From contig JAGMCR010000014.1 in assembly GCA_023129115.1 (NCBI GenBank), positions 1 through 24,175 on the forward strand: a stretch of 24,175 nt of DNA, given 5' to 3'. This document shows positions 8,175 to 16,436 of this stretch, piece by piece (position 1 is the stretch's first letter; every line of letters begins with the position of its first letter). This DNA is from Candidatus Iainarchaeum sp. Lineage in GTDB: Archaea > B1Sed10-29 > WALL01. The notes beneath the pieces are model-generated. The model saw nothing but the letters and a program-made list of their open reading frames with translations. It was not told where the DNA came from and did not search any database. Both the position numbers and the translations under genes were made by a program.

Positions 8175-8546
8175 ATGCCTTTGCGTGACTTGCCTGGCGC
8201 GATTGCCGGCTTTCTTTTTGGGAAGAAGGAGAAGCCGAAGGACTTGGGCAAGCTCGGGCCTTACATGGACAAGGAGCTTGTGGTTGACGTCTACAACTTT
8301 TACCAGACCGTGAAGCTAGAGGGCGTGCTGGTCGGAAGGATTGCGAGGGGCGTGGTGCGCGTTGGCACCCCAATATTAATCATGCCCATATGCAAAAAAG
8401 CCGTAGTGAAGTACATCGAAATCAAGGGCGTGCGGCAGGGCGCGGCTGTCGAGGGAGAGTCAATCGGAATCGGCGTGGACGGCGTTGGCACAGAAGACAT
8501 CGACCCCTCCACCGTAGTAATCAACGCAGTGGCTCAACAGCAGTGA
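8175..8546 (+). CDS. Stand-alone EF-Tu/EF-1A domain II-like beta-barrel protein
   Basis: VLVGRIARGVVRVGTPILIMP..AVVKYIEI....AVEGESIGIGVDGV..DI resembles domain II of translational GTPases. No G domain. ATG lies 2 nt after the deaminase stop. Confidence 0.75.
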   Translation: MPLRDLPGAIAGFLFGKKEKPKDLGKLGPYMDKELVVDVYNFYQTVKLEGVLVGRIARGVVRVGTPILIMPICKKAVVKYIEIKGVRQGAAVEGESIGIGVDGVGTEDIDPSTVVINAVAQQQ

Positions 8547-8556
8547 AATCATTTCC

Positions 8557-8668
8557 CATCACACTCTCGGCTCTTGCGGAATGAGAGTGGGATGTGAGGG
8601 TGCGGGGGAGAGGAGAATCGCACCCTCACCGGCACTCCAAAGGAACGCCGTTGCCCTATTGCTGGCAA
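8557..8668 (-). ncRNA. Candidate structured RNA / 3' UTR element of four abutting hairpins
   Basis: Stems 8557-8568/8583-8594 (11 of 12 bp), 8594-8604/8619-8629 (11 of 11), 8630-8638/8642-8650 (9 bp with two G-U pairs, minus strand only) and 8651-8655/8664-8668. Confidence 0.45.
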
Positions 8669-8676
8669 GGCAGTAT

Positions 8677-10653
8677 TTAAGCCTTACGCTTGAGCGTGAA
8701 TGAGAGCATCCCTTTCTTCATCAGTGCGTACGCCTTTCCGCTGGGGTCCTTGTAGTCCGTTACATCGAGCTTGGCCGCGCCGCGGCAGTACTGCTGGAGG
8801 CGGGCCTCCGTGTCAATCCACTTCTCCGTGTCCTGCAGCACATGCGTGAACCCGCTCGCCGGGTACACTTCCTTCACGCCGAACCGCTTCTCGTTCATCT
8901 TCGAGAACCGCTTGCCCGCCTTCTTCGCGTCCAGGCAGCCGAACAGCATATAGCTCCCCTCCGCGTTGAAGCCGTCCAGCTTCGTCTGCGCGTAAGCAAG
9001 CACGCGCTCCGCGAACTTCAGCGCACCAGCGTCCTTGTTGATTTCCTCCCCGGTGTAGTCGTGCACCGCGTTGTCAAGCCCAATGATGTTGACAATGCTC
9101 GGCGCATTCTCAAGCGAATAATACTCCTCGCCACCGAACTCCTGCGTCAGGAACGGCAAAATCTTGTCCTTGTGCAGGCGCTTCTCAATGACCTTCCTCT
9201 TCTCCTGCGCCACGCTCCGCGCCAGCTCAAGCGCGCGGTCGAACTCGCTGAAGAACTCCGCGTCGTCCTTCGCAGACAAAGCAATCCGCGGCAGGTTAAT
9301 CGACACTTCCTGCAAGACACCGGTCCGCAGCGTCGAAAACCACTTGCCCTGGCGCGGGCGGATTATGTGGTTCGGCGACACCATGCTCAGGTTTGCCTCG
9401 CGGTCGCGCAAATTAAGGATGGTCACGTCGTTCTTCTCGACAAACTTCGCCAGCGCCTTCTCCGTCGACACCGGAATCCCGCCGTCACGCACCTTAATCA
9501 CGACCTTCGGCGTCGGGAACAATTTGCCCTTGAAGTCGCCGTCGGCCATCGCGTTCAGGAATAGGTTCATCACGCGCACGCTCTCGCGCTCGTAGTCGAG
9601 GTAAGTGTCCTGGCCGGTCACGCCCTTCGGCAGGATAGCCTTTTCCTTCTTCAAAAACGGCGGCGTCTCCAGCTCGAAGTTCAGCGTGGACTGCGCGAGG
9701 CTCCCGCCGCGCACGGCATAAATCTGGTTCAGCTCATACAAAAACGTCTGCACCAATTGCTTGACTTCCTTGTCCGACAAGTTGATTGTGTACGGGGCCA
9801 AGAGAGTGTTGAAGAAGTCGAACGACAAGCCGCCGCTAAGGTGCGTCTCGCCCGACAAAATCACGCGGATGGCGTGCGAAATCGCGACCTCGGCGTGCCG
9901 CGCCGGCCCCGCAATGCTCGTGTTCTCGCCAAGCCCGTCAGTCGTCACGCCGTTCTTGAGGAACCACCGCAAGTCGTTCTGCAGGCTAACCGGCCGCGTC
10001 GCGAAGTACGGCAAGTCGTGAATGTGAATCGCGCTCGTCAAGTGCGCCTTGGCGACATCGTCCGGCAGCATCCGCACCAATGCGTACTCGCCCGCGACCG
10101 CGTCGCCGAACTTCTTGTGCAGCGCCTCGGGGTTGGGGGTCGCCTCGAGCGACTGGATGATTTGCGTCACGTCATAAATCGGCAGGCCCAGCCGCGTGTA
10201 CTCTGTCTTTGCCTGCATGTACCTGCGCTCGAGCAGCTTCGAGTTCACCATCTCGCGAATCAGCGGAGCAGAAACATAGCGCAGCTCGAGCCTCCGGATG
10301 TCGCTCTCGACCTCGCCAGCGATTTCCTCGCACGTGTTCTTCGCCAGCGTCGTCTCCTTCAGCAGTGACTCGATTATGCACTGCTTGTTGAACGACTCGA
10401 GGACGCCGTCGCTCGTCCGGACGTAGACCTTGTGGTAGTTCTCGAACTCGCGGGCCATGCCCTCGTCCCGCTTCTGGAGCTCCTGGACAATCAAGTCGTT
10501 CAGCTCCTCCTCGGTCAGGGGGTCCGTCAATTTGGGCTGGAGGGCGAGGGCTACCTCGGTAGCGAGCCAGAAGCTGATGCCCGCCCGGCTGCACTTGTCC
10601 TCAATGGTTTTTGGGTTGAACTTCGAACCCGGGCAAGCCTTTTGGGTTGCCAT
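8677..10653 (-). CDS. NrdD-like protein with tandem ATP-cones lacking catalytic cysteines and glycyl-radical domain (probable pseudo-enzyme)
   Basis: ATP-cone VRTSDG..FNK..SAPLIREMVN, then YTRLGLPIYDV, HIHDLPYFATRPVSLQND, GPARH, FPTP and LRTG..SINLPRIA. No Cys in the finger-loop region and no Zn site or RxxGY at the C terminus. The start at 10653 is inferred from TATA position; the ORF track gives 10692. Confidence 0.85.
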   Translation of the reverse strand: MATQKACPGSKFNPKTIEDKCSRAGISFWLATEVALALQPKLTDPLTEEELNDLIVQELQKRDEGMAREFENYHKVYVRTSDGVLESFNKQCIIESLLKETTLAKNTCEEIAGEVESDIRRLELRYVSAPLIREMVNSKLLERRYMQAKTEYTRLGLPIYDVTQIIQSLEATPNPEALHKKFGDAVAGEYALVRMLPDDVAKAHLTSAIHIHDLPYFATRPVSLQNDLRWFLKNGVTTDGLGENTSIAGPARHAEVAISHAIRVILSGETHLSGGLSFDFFNTLLAPYTINLSDKEVKQLVQTFLYELNQIYAVRGGSLAQSTLNFELETPPFLKKEKAILPKGVTGQDTYLDYERESVRVMNLFLNAMADGDFKGKLFPTPKVVIKVRDGGIPVSTEKALAKFVEKNDVTILNLRDREANLSMVSPNHIIRPRQGKWFSTLRTGVLQEVSINLPRIALSAKDDAEFFSEFDRALELARSVAQEKRKVIEKRLHKDKILPFLTQEFGGEEYYSLENAPSIVNIIGLDNAVHDYTGEEINKDAGALKFAERVLAYAQTKLDGFNAEGSYMLFGCLDAKKAGKRFSKMNEKRFGVKEVYPASGFTHVLQDTEKWIDTEARLQQYCRGAAKLDVTDYKDPSGKAYALMKKGMLSFTLKRKA

Positions 10654-10660
10654 CACATCA

Positions 10661-10715
10661 TTTTTTATATCCCCATGTATATAATCCTTCATATGGCGGT
10701 TCGCTTTCCGAACCG
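10661..10715. promoter_or_regulatory. Divergent promoter with perfect palindrome CGGTTCG-CTTTC-CGAACCG
   Basis: TATA-like TTTTATAT (+, 10663-10670) and ATTATATA (-, 10678-10685). The 7-bp-arm inverted repeat is at 10697-10715. Confidence 0.65.
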
Positions 10716-10724
10716 GGTGTTTCC

Positions 10725-11168
10725 ATGGAGATAGACGAGATTGACGCCAGGATACTGGAGCTCCTTTCCGAGAACTCCAGGATGAGCTATTCCGACATAG
10801 CGAGGCACTTCGGCTTCTCGGACGTCGCGATTCGGAAGCGCGTGGACAAGCTCACAGAGAAAGGGATTATCAAGAAGTTCACGACCGCGGTGGACCAGAA
10901 AAAGCTGGGCAAGAACGTGACGGCGTTTCTGTTCTTCAACACGCGCTCGGACAAGACACAGGAAATCGCGGACCAGCTGCTCGCGCTGGACGGCATCGAG
11001 GACGTCTATATCGCTCTCGGCGTGTACGACATCATCGCCAAGGTGCACTGCGCCGACGTCGTTGCGCTGAAGTTGCTCACCGAGCAAAAGCTCAACGACA
11101 TCAACGGCATCATTGAGGTCCGGCCCTCGATTGTATTCACTGAGGTCTCGAAGAATGAACCAGCTTAG
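10725..11168 (+). CDS. Lrp/AsnC family transcriptional regulator
   Basis: HTH IDEIDARILELLSENSRMSYSDIA..SDVAIRKRVDKL..KGIIKKF and a RAM domain with GVYDII. Confidence 0.95.
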   Translation: MEIDEIDARILELLSENSRMSYSDIARHFGFSDVAIRKRVDKLTEKGIIKKFTTAVDQKKLGKNVTAFLFFNTRSDKTQEIADQLLALDGIEDVYIALGVYDIIAKVHCADVVALKLLTEQKLNDINGIIEVRPSIVFTEVSKNEPA

Positions 11169-11997
11169 GGGCTTCGCCGCCATCATTGTTTCTGCCATAG
11201 CGTTCGGCGTAAGCACTTCCGTCGTAAAGGACGCGATGAACCTCGGGCTCGAGCCGCTCGCGTTCAGCGTCGCGTCAATGCTGTTCGTCGTCGCCTTCAT
11301 GCTCCCGTACTTCTTCACGCTGAAGCAAGAGAAGCTCACGAGGCGTGACTGGCGCGACTTCGCTGTGCTCGGCGTTGTCGCGTCTGGCGTTGCGCACTTT
11401 GCTTACACGGTCGCGCTGGACTACACTTCCGCAATCAACTTTTCTTTCCTCACGCAGACCGGCGCGCTGTTCACCGTCGTGTTCGCGTTTTTCATGCTCG
11501 GCGAGCGCGTGAAGAAGTGGCACCTCGCCGCAGGCGCGGTCATGCTCGCCGGCGCGTTCCTCGTTAGCACTGGCGGCGAGTCGCTCTCGTTGGGGGCAGG
11601 CGACTTGATTGTCATCGGGGGTTCGCTGCTGCTGGGCTTCTCGAACGCGTTCGCGAAGCGGCTCATGAAGAGGCACGCGCCGGGCGCGGTCGCGTTCTGG
11701 CGGTCGGTCTTCGGCCTCGCGTCGCTCGCGCTTGTGGCGCTTGTGCTTCGGCTTGACGTGCTGGCGGTGGTTGGGTGGCACGCCGCGCTGAACGGGCTCA
11801 TGATTGCGCTCATCTTTGTGTTCATCTACATCGCGTTCGACGAGCTTGGCGCGTCGCTTGGCGCGATGCTGATGCTGGTCGCGCCGGTGTGCGCGGTTGC
11901 GATGGCGATGCTCTTTCTGGGCGAGACGCTGCTGCTGGTGCAGGCGGCCGGGGGCATACTCATTTTATTGGGCGCAGTGGTAATCTATCGGTCGTAG
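11155..11997 (+). CDS. DMT/EamA family transporter
   Basis: About 10 TM helices in two repeats (AFFMLGERV and MLFLGETL), with the GDL motif. Confidence 0.92.
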   Translation: MNQLRGFAAIIVSAIAFGVSTSVVKDAMNLGLEPLAFSVASMLFVVAFMLPYFFTLKQEKLTRRDWRDFAVLGVVASGVAHFAYTVALDYTSAINFSFLTQTGALFTVVFAFFMLGERVKKWHLAAGAVMLAGAFLVSTGGESLSLGAGDLIVIGGSLLLGFSNAFAKRLMKRHAPGAVAFWRSVFGLASLALVALVLRLDVLAVVGWHAALNGLMIALIFVFIYIAFDELGASLGAMLMLVAPVCAVAMAMLFLGETLLLVQAAGGILILLGAVVIYRS

Positions 11998-11998
11998 C

Positions 11999-12526
11999 AT
12001 GGAAGTCGAGTTCAAGGCAAAAGCCCCGCGCGGGATTGAGAAGAAGCTCGCAGCCGCTGGCGCGAAGGGGCTCGGCACGGTGGTGAACAAAGACACTTAT
12101 TACGACAGGCCGGGCGAGCCCTTGCGCCGGAAGGGCGCGGTGGTCCGCGTGCGCTCCCAGGGCAAGAAAACCATCGTAACCTACAAGTCTCCGTCAAAGT
12201 CCAGGTCCACCAAGGCAATGAGGGAAATCGAAATCCGCGCGACGCCGGCAATTGAGGTATTGCTCCGCGGCCTCGGCTACAAAGTGACTCTCGAGAAGGA
12301 AGTCAGGCGCACCAGCTATTCCCTCAATGGCGTCACGGTCTGCCTGGACACGGTCAAGGGCCTCGGCAGCTGGGTCGAGTTCGAGGTATTCGGGACCGCG
12401 GCAGGGGCGAGGAAGAAAATCCTTGCCGTGGCCAGCAAGCTCGGCATTCCAGCTAAAGAGCTCACGCCCAAGTCGTATCCCCAGCTGATTAGGGAAAAGC
12501 TAAAAAGCAAGAAAAAACAGAAGTAG
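11999..12526 (+). CDS. CYTH / class IV adenylate cyclase-like triphosphate tunnel metalloenzyme
   Basis: EVEFK (ExExK), DTYY, VRVR, TYK, REIE, LDTVKGLGSWVEFE and KSY. Confidence 0.92.
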   Translation: MEVEFKAKAPRGIEKKLAAAGAKGLGTVVNKDTYYDRPGEPLRRKGAVVRVRSQGKKTIVTYKSPSKSRSTKAMREIEIRATPAIEVLLRGLGYKVTLEKEVRRTSYSLNGVTVCLDTVKGLGSWVEFEVFGTAAGARKKILAVASKLGIPAKELTPKSYPQLIREKLKSKKKQK

Positions 12527-12530
12527 TGCG

Positions 12531-13316
12531 ATGAAGCGCTTACTGGCGATACTGCTCCTGCTCTCGGTTTCTTTCGCGACAATCCAGCTGGTCACGCCCA
12601 AGCACATTGCGTTGAGGTCGCTGGACGAGGTCGAGGTCTCGCCCGTGGGACCGGGCCACGAGGTCTTCCTAAAGTTCCAGCGCAAGGTCAGCGAATACAT
12701 GTGGGATGAGGTCAGGCTCGTGAACACAGTGGACCCGGACTGGGAGCTCGACAGCTACAGCGACTACAAGTACATCTATTACTCCATGGGCGTGCCGCCC
12801 TCAAAGGCGTCGGGCAAGTACACGTTCCAGTTCGAGATAAGCGACAGGGAAGGCCTCAAGGACTCGGAGGTCGCGATTGTGCAGGTCGTGGTGACGCACG
12901 GCCAGGACGACTTGATAACGGTCTTCGAGATGCCCAAAAAAGTGGAGGGCTTCGCCGACCGCGAGGCCCCAGTCAGCTTCGACGTAGAGAACAAGGCCTT
13001 GTCCCGCGTGAACTACAAAATCACGTACTGGGTGAAGGAGCAGCAGGGCCTCGCCAAAGAAACAATCACGCAGTCCTTCCTGAGCGGGCAGACCAAGGCG
13101 GTGACGCTCCCGGTCGTGGTGCCGGAAGAGGGCGAGTACACGATTATGGCAAAGGTGTGGAGCGAGCACAACCCCAACATCAACAAGCAGGTGTCGACGC
13201 GCATGGTGCTCAAGCCCACGTTCCGCTCCAAGCTACGCAGCATCGGAAAGGGGTTCCCCCTCGTGCCCCTCACAATGGCGCCTTTCTACGCGGTGTTTGG
13301 CATATTCGGCTGGTAA
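12531..13316 (+). CDS. Secreted/surface protein with two beta-sandwich-like domains
   Basis: Signal peptide, beta-rich segments (GKYTFQF, EGEYTI) and a hydrophobic C terminus. Confidence 0.7.
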   Translation: MKRLLAILLLLSVSFATIQLVTPKHIALRSLDEVEVSPVGPGHEVFLKFQRKVSEYMWDEVRLVNTVDPDWELDSYSDYKYIYYSMGVPPSKASGKYTFQFEISDREGLKDSEVAIVQVVVTHGQDDLITVFEMPKKVEGFADREAPVSFDVENKALSRVNYKITYWVKEQQGLAKETITQSFLSGQTKAVTLPVVVPEEGEYTIMAKVWSEHNPNINKQVSTRMVLKPTFRSKLRSIGKGFPLVPLTMAPFYAVFGIFGW

Positions 13317-13349
13317 GGCTTTTTATTCCACAATTCCCCTAACTAGCGT

Positions 13350-13832
13350 GTGTCACCCAAAGAGCTCAGCAAGGAAGCCAGGATAATGAGGTTCTCCAAA
13401 AAAATGGAGCTCGACAAGATAAAGGACAATCTAAAGGAAAATCCACAAAAAGGGAAGTTCGACGTAATAGTCAAAAGGTATATCACCAATGAAGAAGACC
13501 CTGTCGTGCGGGCACATGCAGTGGATGCCCTCCTCTGCGTGCCCCACGAGGGCGTTGCCGCCAAAGTAATTGAAATTATTGGGGGCGAGACTGACGCCGA
13601 GGCACTGGACCTGATGTGCAAGGCACTCATCACCTCTCCTGGAAAATACAATAAGGAAATTCAGGACGGCCTGCTGGGGCTCCCGGAAGAAACGTGGGAC
13701 AAGGTATTCGCGCTGCTCGAGAAGCACCGAGCCGCCAGCGACCGGCCGCGGCCCAGGCGCAGAAAAAGGATAGTCAAAAGGCCCAAAAAGATTGAAGACA
13801 TTACAGAAGACGACGAGTTCTGGAAATTCTGA
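13350..13832 (+). CDS. Hypothetical alpha-helical (HEAT-like) protein with basic then acidic tail
   Basis: HEAT-like motif EEDPVVRAHAVDAL. GTG start about 24 nt after TTTTTAT. Confidence 0.6.
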   Translation: MSPKELSKEARIMRFSKKMELDKIKDNLKENPQKGKFDVIVKRYITNEEDPVVRAHAVDALLCVPHEGVAAKVIEIIGGETDAEALDLMCKALITSPGKYNKEIQDGLLGLPEETWDKVFALLEKHRAASDRPRPRRRKRIVKRPKKIEDITEDDEFWKF

Positions 13833-13847
13833 ACAAAAGTGTTCGCC

Positions 13848-14753
13848 ATGGACGGAATAAACGAAATCCTTGCATTGAAGCGCGACCTGAATGCAGTCTT
13901 CCTAGTGCACAACTACCAGCCCCCCGAGGTCCAGGACCTCGCCGACTTCTGCGGCGACTCGCTTGAATTGTGCCGGCACGCGCAGGAGACGGACGCGGAC
14001 TACATCCTGTTCTGCGGAGTCGACTTCATGGCGGAATGCGCAGCAATCCTCAACCCGGACAAAAAAGTATTGCTCCCGGACAGGGAGGCGCGCTGCCCCA
14101 TGGCGGGGATGCTCCCCGCCGAAGAAGTGAGGAAGGCCAGGGAAGAGCACCCCGACGCCGCAGTAGTCCTATACATCAACACGCTCGCCGAGGCCAAGGC
14201 AGAGGCAGACCTGGTATGCACTTCCGCGAACCCGGTCGAGATGGTTGACGCGCTCAAGGAGCGCACAGTCCTCTTCGGCCCGGACAAGAACCTCGCGTGG
14301 TTCGCCCAGAAGCACACCCGGAAAAAGATTGTCCGCGTGCCGGACGACGGCTACTGCTACACGCACCACCTGCGGCTGTTGAGGAAAGACGTCGAGGCCT
14401 TGAAGGCGGCTCACCCAAATGCCGTGGTCCTCGCGCACCCCGAGTGCAACCCAGACGTCCAGGAAATTGCGGACCGCGTGCTGGGCACGGGCGGCATGAT
14501 GCACGCGGCACACGAGCTGCGCGCCAGGGAATTCATTGTCGCCACCGAAAAAGACATGTGCTACCGCCTCAAGAAAGCCCACCCCCACAAGGAATTCTAT
14601 CCAGTGGAGTCCGCGGTGTGCGACCAAATGAAAAAGCACACGCCATTCAAGATCCACGAGGCCCTCAGCAGCCCGGAGCCAGTGCGGGTCGAGAGGCACA
14701 TCGCCAAAAAGGCACTGCGGCCAATACAACGAATGCTTGAGCTGAGCGAATGA
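13848..14753 (+). CDS. nadA: Quinolinate synthase
   Basis: HNYQ, GDSLEL, FCGVDFMAE, CPMA, YINT, CTSAN, GPDKNL, CYTH, AHPEC and CDQMK, including the three Fe-S cysteines. Confidence 0.97.
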   Translation: MDGINEILALKRDLNAVFLVHNYQPPEVQDLADFCGDSLELCRHAQETDADYILFCGVDFMAECAAILNPDKKVLLPDREARCPMAGMLPAEEVRKAREEHPDAAVVLYINTLAEAKAEADLVCTSANPVEMVDALKERTVLFGPDKNLAWFAQKHTRKKIVRVPDDGYCYTHHLRLLRKDVEALKAAHPNAVVLAHPECNPDVQEIADRVLGTGGMMHAAHELRAREFIVATEKDMCYRLKKAHPHKEFYPVESAVCDQMKKHTPFKIHEALSSPEPVRVERHIAKKALRPIQRMLELSE

Positions 14754-16219
14754 ACTTTTTCTCTGAAATTGTTTCCGAGATAGAGGAAGGAAAAATAGTC
14801 ACGCGCGACCAGCTGGAAAAAAGGAAGAAGCAACTGTGCAAGAAGCACGGCGTCGTGAAAATCCCGACCAACGCAGAAATACTCTCCCGCGCCGACTTCG
14901 AGACCCCGCTTTTGCTCACGAAGCCCACGCGCTCGCTTTCTGGCGTGTCTGTCGTCGCCGTCATGACCAAGCCCCAGCCATGCCCCGGAAAATGCATTTA
15001 CTGCCCGCGCGGCGAGGCCGCGCAGAGCTACACCGGCCACGAGCCAGCCGCATTGCGCGCGAGGCAGAACGAGTTCGACCCGCACCGGCAAACCGCCGCG
15101 CGGCTGCGGCAGCTCTCTGAGGCGGGCCACCCCACGGACAAGATTGAGGCAATCATAATGGGCGGCACGTTCACCGCCATGCCGGAAGAATACCAGCAGG
15201 AATTCGTGCTGGGGGTGTTCAACGCGCTGAACGGGGCGGAAAGCGCCACCATCGAAGAAGCACACCGCACCAACGAGACAGCGAAGCACCGGTGCATTGG
15301 GCTGACGTTTGAAATCCGCCCGGACTATTGTGGCGACGAGGCAGTCGAAAAATTGCTCGGGCTCGGCGCGACGCGCGTCGAGCTGGGGGTGCAGACAGTG
15401 TTCGACGACGTCTACGAAAAAGTCAACCGCGGGCACACTGTGCAGGATGTTGTGGACGCCACGAGGCGGCTGAAGGGCGCGGGCCTGAAGGTGTCGTACC
15501 ACCTCATGCCCGGGCTTCCCGGCTCCTCGCGCGAAAAAGACTTGGAAATGTTCCGCGTTGTCTTCGAGGACGAGCGGTTCAAGCCAGACATGATAAAGAT
15601 TTACCCGTGCCTCTTGGCAAAGCGCGAGTTCTACGACAGCGACGAGGCGCACCGCCTCTACGAAAGCGGCGAGTGGAAGCCGCTCGGCAACGAGGGGGCT
15701 GCCTCACTAATCGCGGAGGCAAAAAAGTATTTCCCGCCGTGGGTGCGCGTGATGCGAATCCAGCGCGACATCCCGGCGCCGTACATAGAGGCGGGCGTCA
15801 CCGCCGGGAACCTGCGCGAGCTCGCGCACGCGCTGAACCCCAAGTGCCAGTGCATCCGGTGCCGCGAGATTGGGCGTGTGGATGAAGACGCGGAGCCGTC
15901 AATCGTGCGCCGCGAGTACGGCGCGTCGGGCGGGAAAGAAGTGTTCATCTCGATGGAAACAAAAAAGGCACTGTTCGGTTTCCTGCGGCTGAGGAAAGCA
16001 GAAAAAAACTTCATCCGGGAGCTGCACGTCTACGGCCCAGAGGCAAAAATAGGCAAGCCTGGCGAAGTGCAGCACACGGGAATCGGGAAAGCTCTTTTGG
16101 CCGAGGCGGAGAAGGAGTGCAGCGGAAAGCTGTCCGTGACTTCGGGCGTGGGGGCACGGGAATACTACCACAGGCTTGGCTATTCCTTTGAGAAGCCCTA
16201 TATGGTGAAGTATTTATAG
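14750..16219 (+). CDS. elp3: Elongator Elp3 (radical SAM plus KAT; tRNA U34 modification)
   Basis: KPTRSLSGV..PCPGKCIYCP, MGGTF, RPDYC, RVELGVQ, RIQRDIP, CIRCRE, RELHVYG and QHTGIG. Confidence 0.97.
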   Translation: MNFFSEIVSEIEEGKIVTRDQLEKRKKQLCKKHGVVKIPTNAEILSRADFETPLLLTKPTRSLSGVSVVAVMTKPQPCPGKCIYCPRGEAAQSYTGHEPAALRARQNEFDPHRQTAARLRQLSEAGHPTDKIEAIIMGGTFTAMPEEYQQEFVLGVFNALNGAESATIEEAHRTNETAKHRCIGLTFEIRPDYCGDEAVEKLLGLGATRVELGVQTVFDDVYEKVNRGHTVQDVVDATRRLKGAGLKVSYHLMPGLPGSSREKDLEMFRVVFEDERFKPDMIKIYPCLLAKREFYDSDEAHRLYESGEWKPLGNEGAASLIAEAKKYFPPWVRVMRIQRDIPAPYIEAGVTAGNLRELAHALNPKCQCIRCREIGRVDEDAEPSIVRREYGASGGKEVFISMETKKALFGFLRLRKAEKNFIRELHVYGPEAKIGKPGEVQHTGIGKALLAEAEKECSGKLSVTSGVGAREYYHRLGYSFEKPYMVKYL

Positions 16220-16241
16220 CTCTTCTCCCATAAAGCGATGT

Positions 16242-16436
16242 ATGGAGCCGGAAAAGTCGCAACTGGACACCCTCGAGCTTTATCTCAGGAAAATGGTTTC
16301 TGAGGAGAAGACGAAGGAGCTTATTCGCAAGTTTGTGGACGCTGGGGAAGACGTGGCGGACAAGGCGATAAAGCTGTTCGAGACGAGGCACAGTGTCCGG
16401 CTGCAGGACATAGAGCGCTTGCTGGAGGGGGCTTGA
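16242..16436 (+). CDS. Small hypothetical helical protein
   Basis: 64-aa ORF with host-like codon use. TTTATA about 25 nt upstream; abuts the next gene. Confidence 0.65.
   Translation: MEPEKSQLDTLELYLRKMVSEEKTKELIRKFVDAGEDVADKAIKLFETRHSVRLQDIERLLEGA

Noticed and set aside
8557-8668. Archaeal SECIS or tRNA
   Set aside because: No GAA/A bulge motif, no in-frame TGA in flanking genes, and no cloverleaf or T-loop consensus.
8677-10692. Ordinary second active NrdD or decaying pseudogene
   Set aside because: Catalytic motifs are missing, so it is not an ordinary enzyme. The frame is intact over about 2 kb with normal codon bias, so it is not an evident pseudogene.
10647-10724. N-terminal extensions of Lrp (10647) and pseudo-NrdD (10692) from the ORF track
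   Set aside because: They overlap each other and the TATA/palindrome region. Lrp homology begins at MEIDEID.
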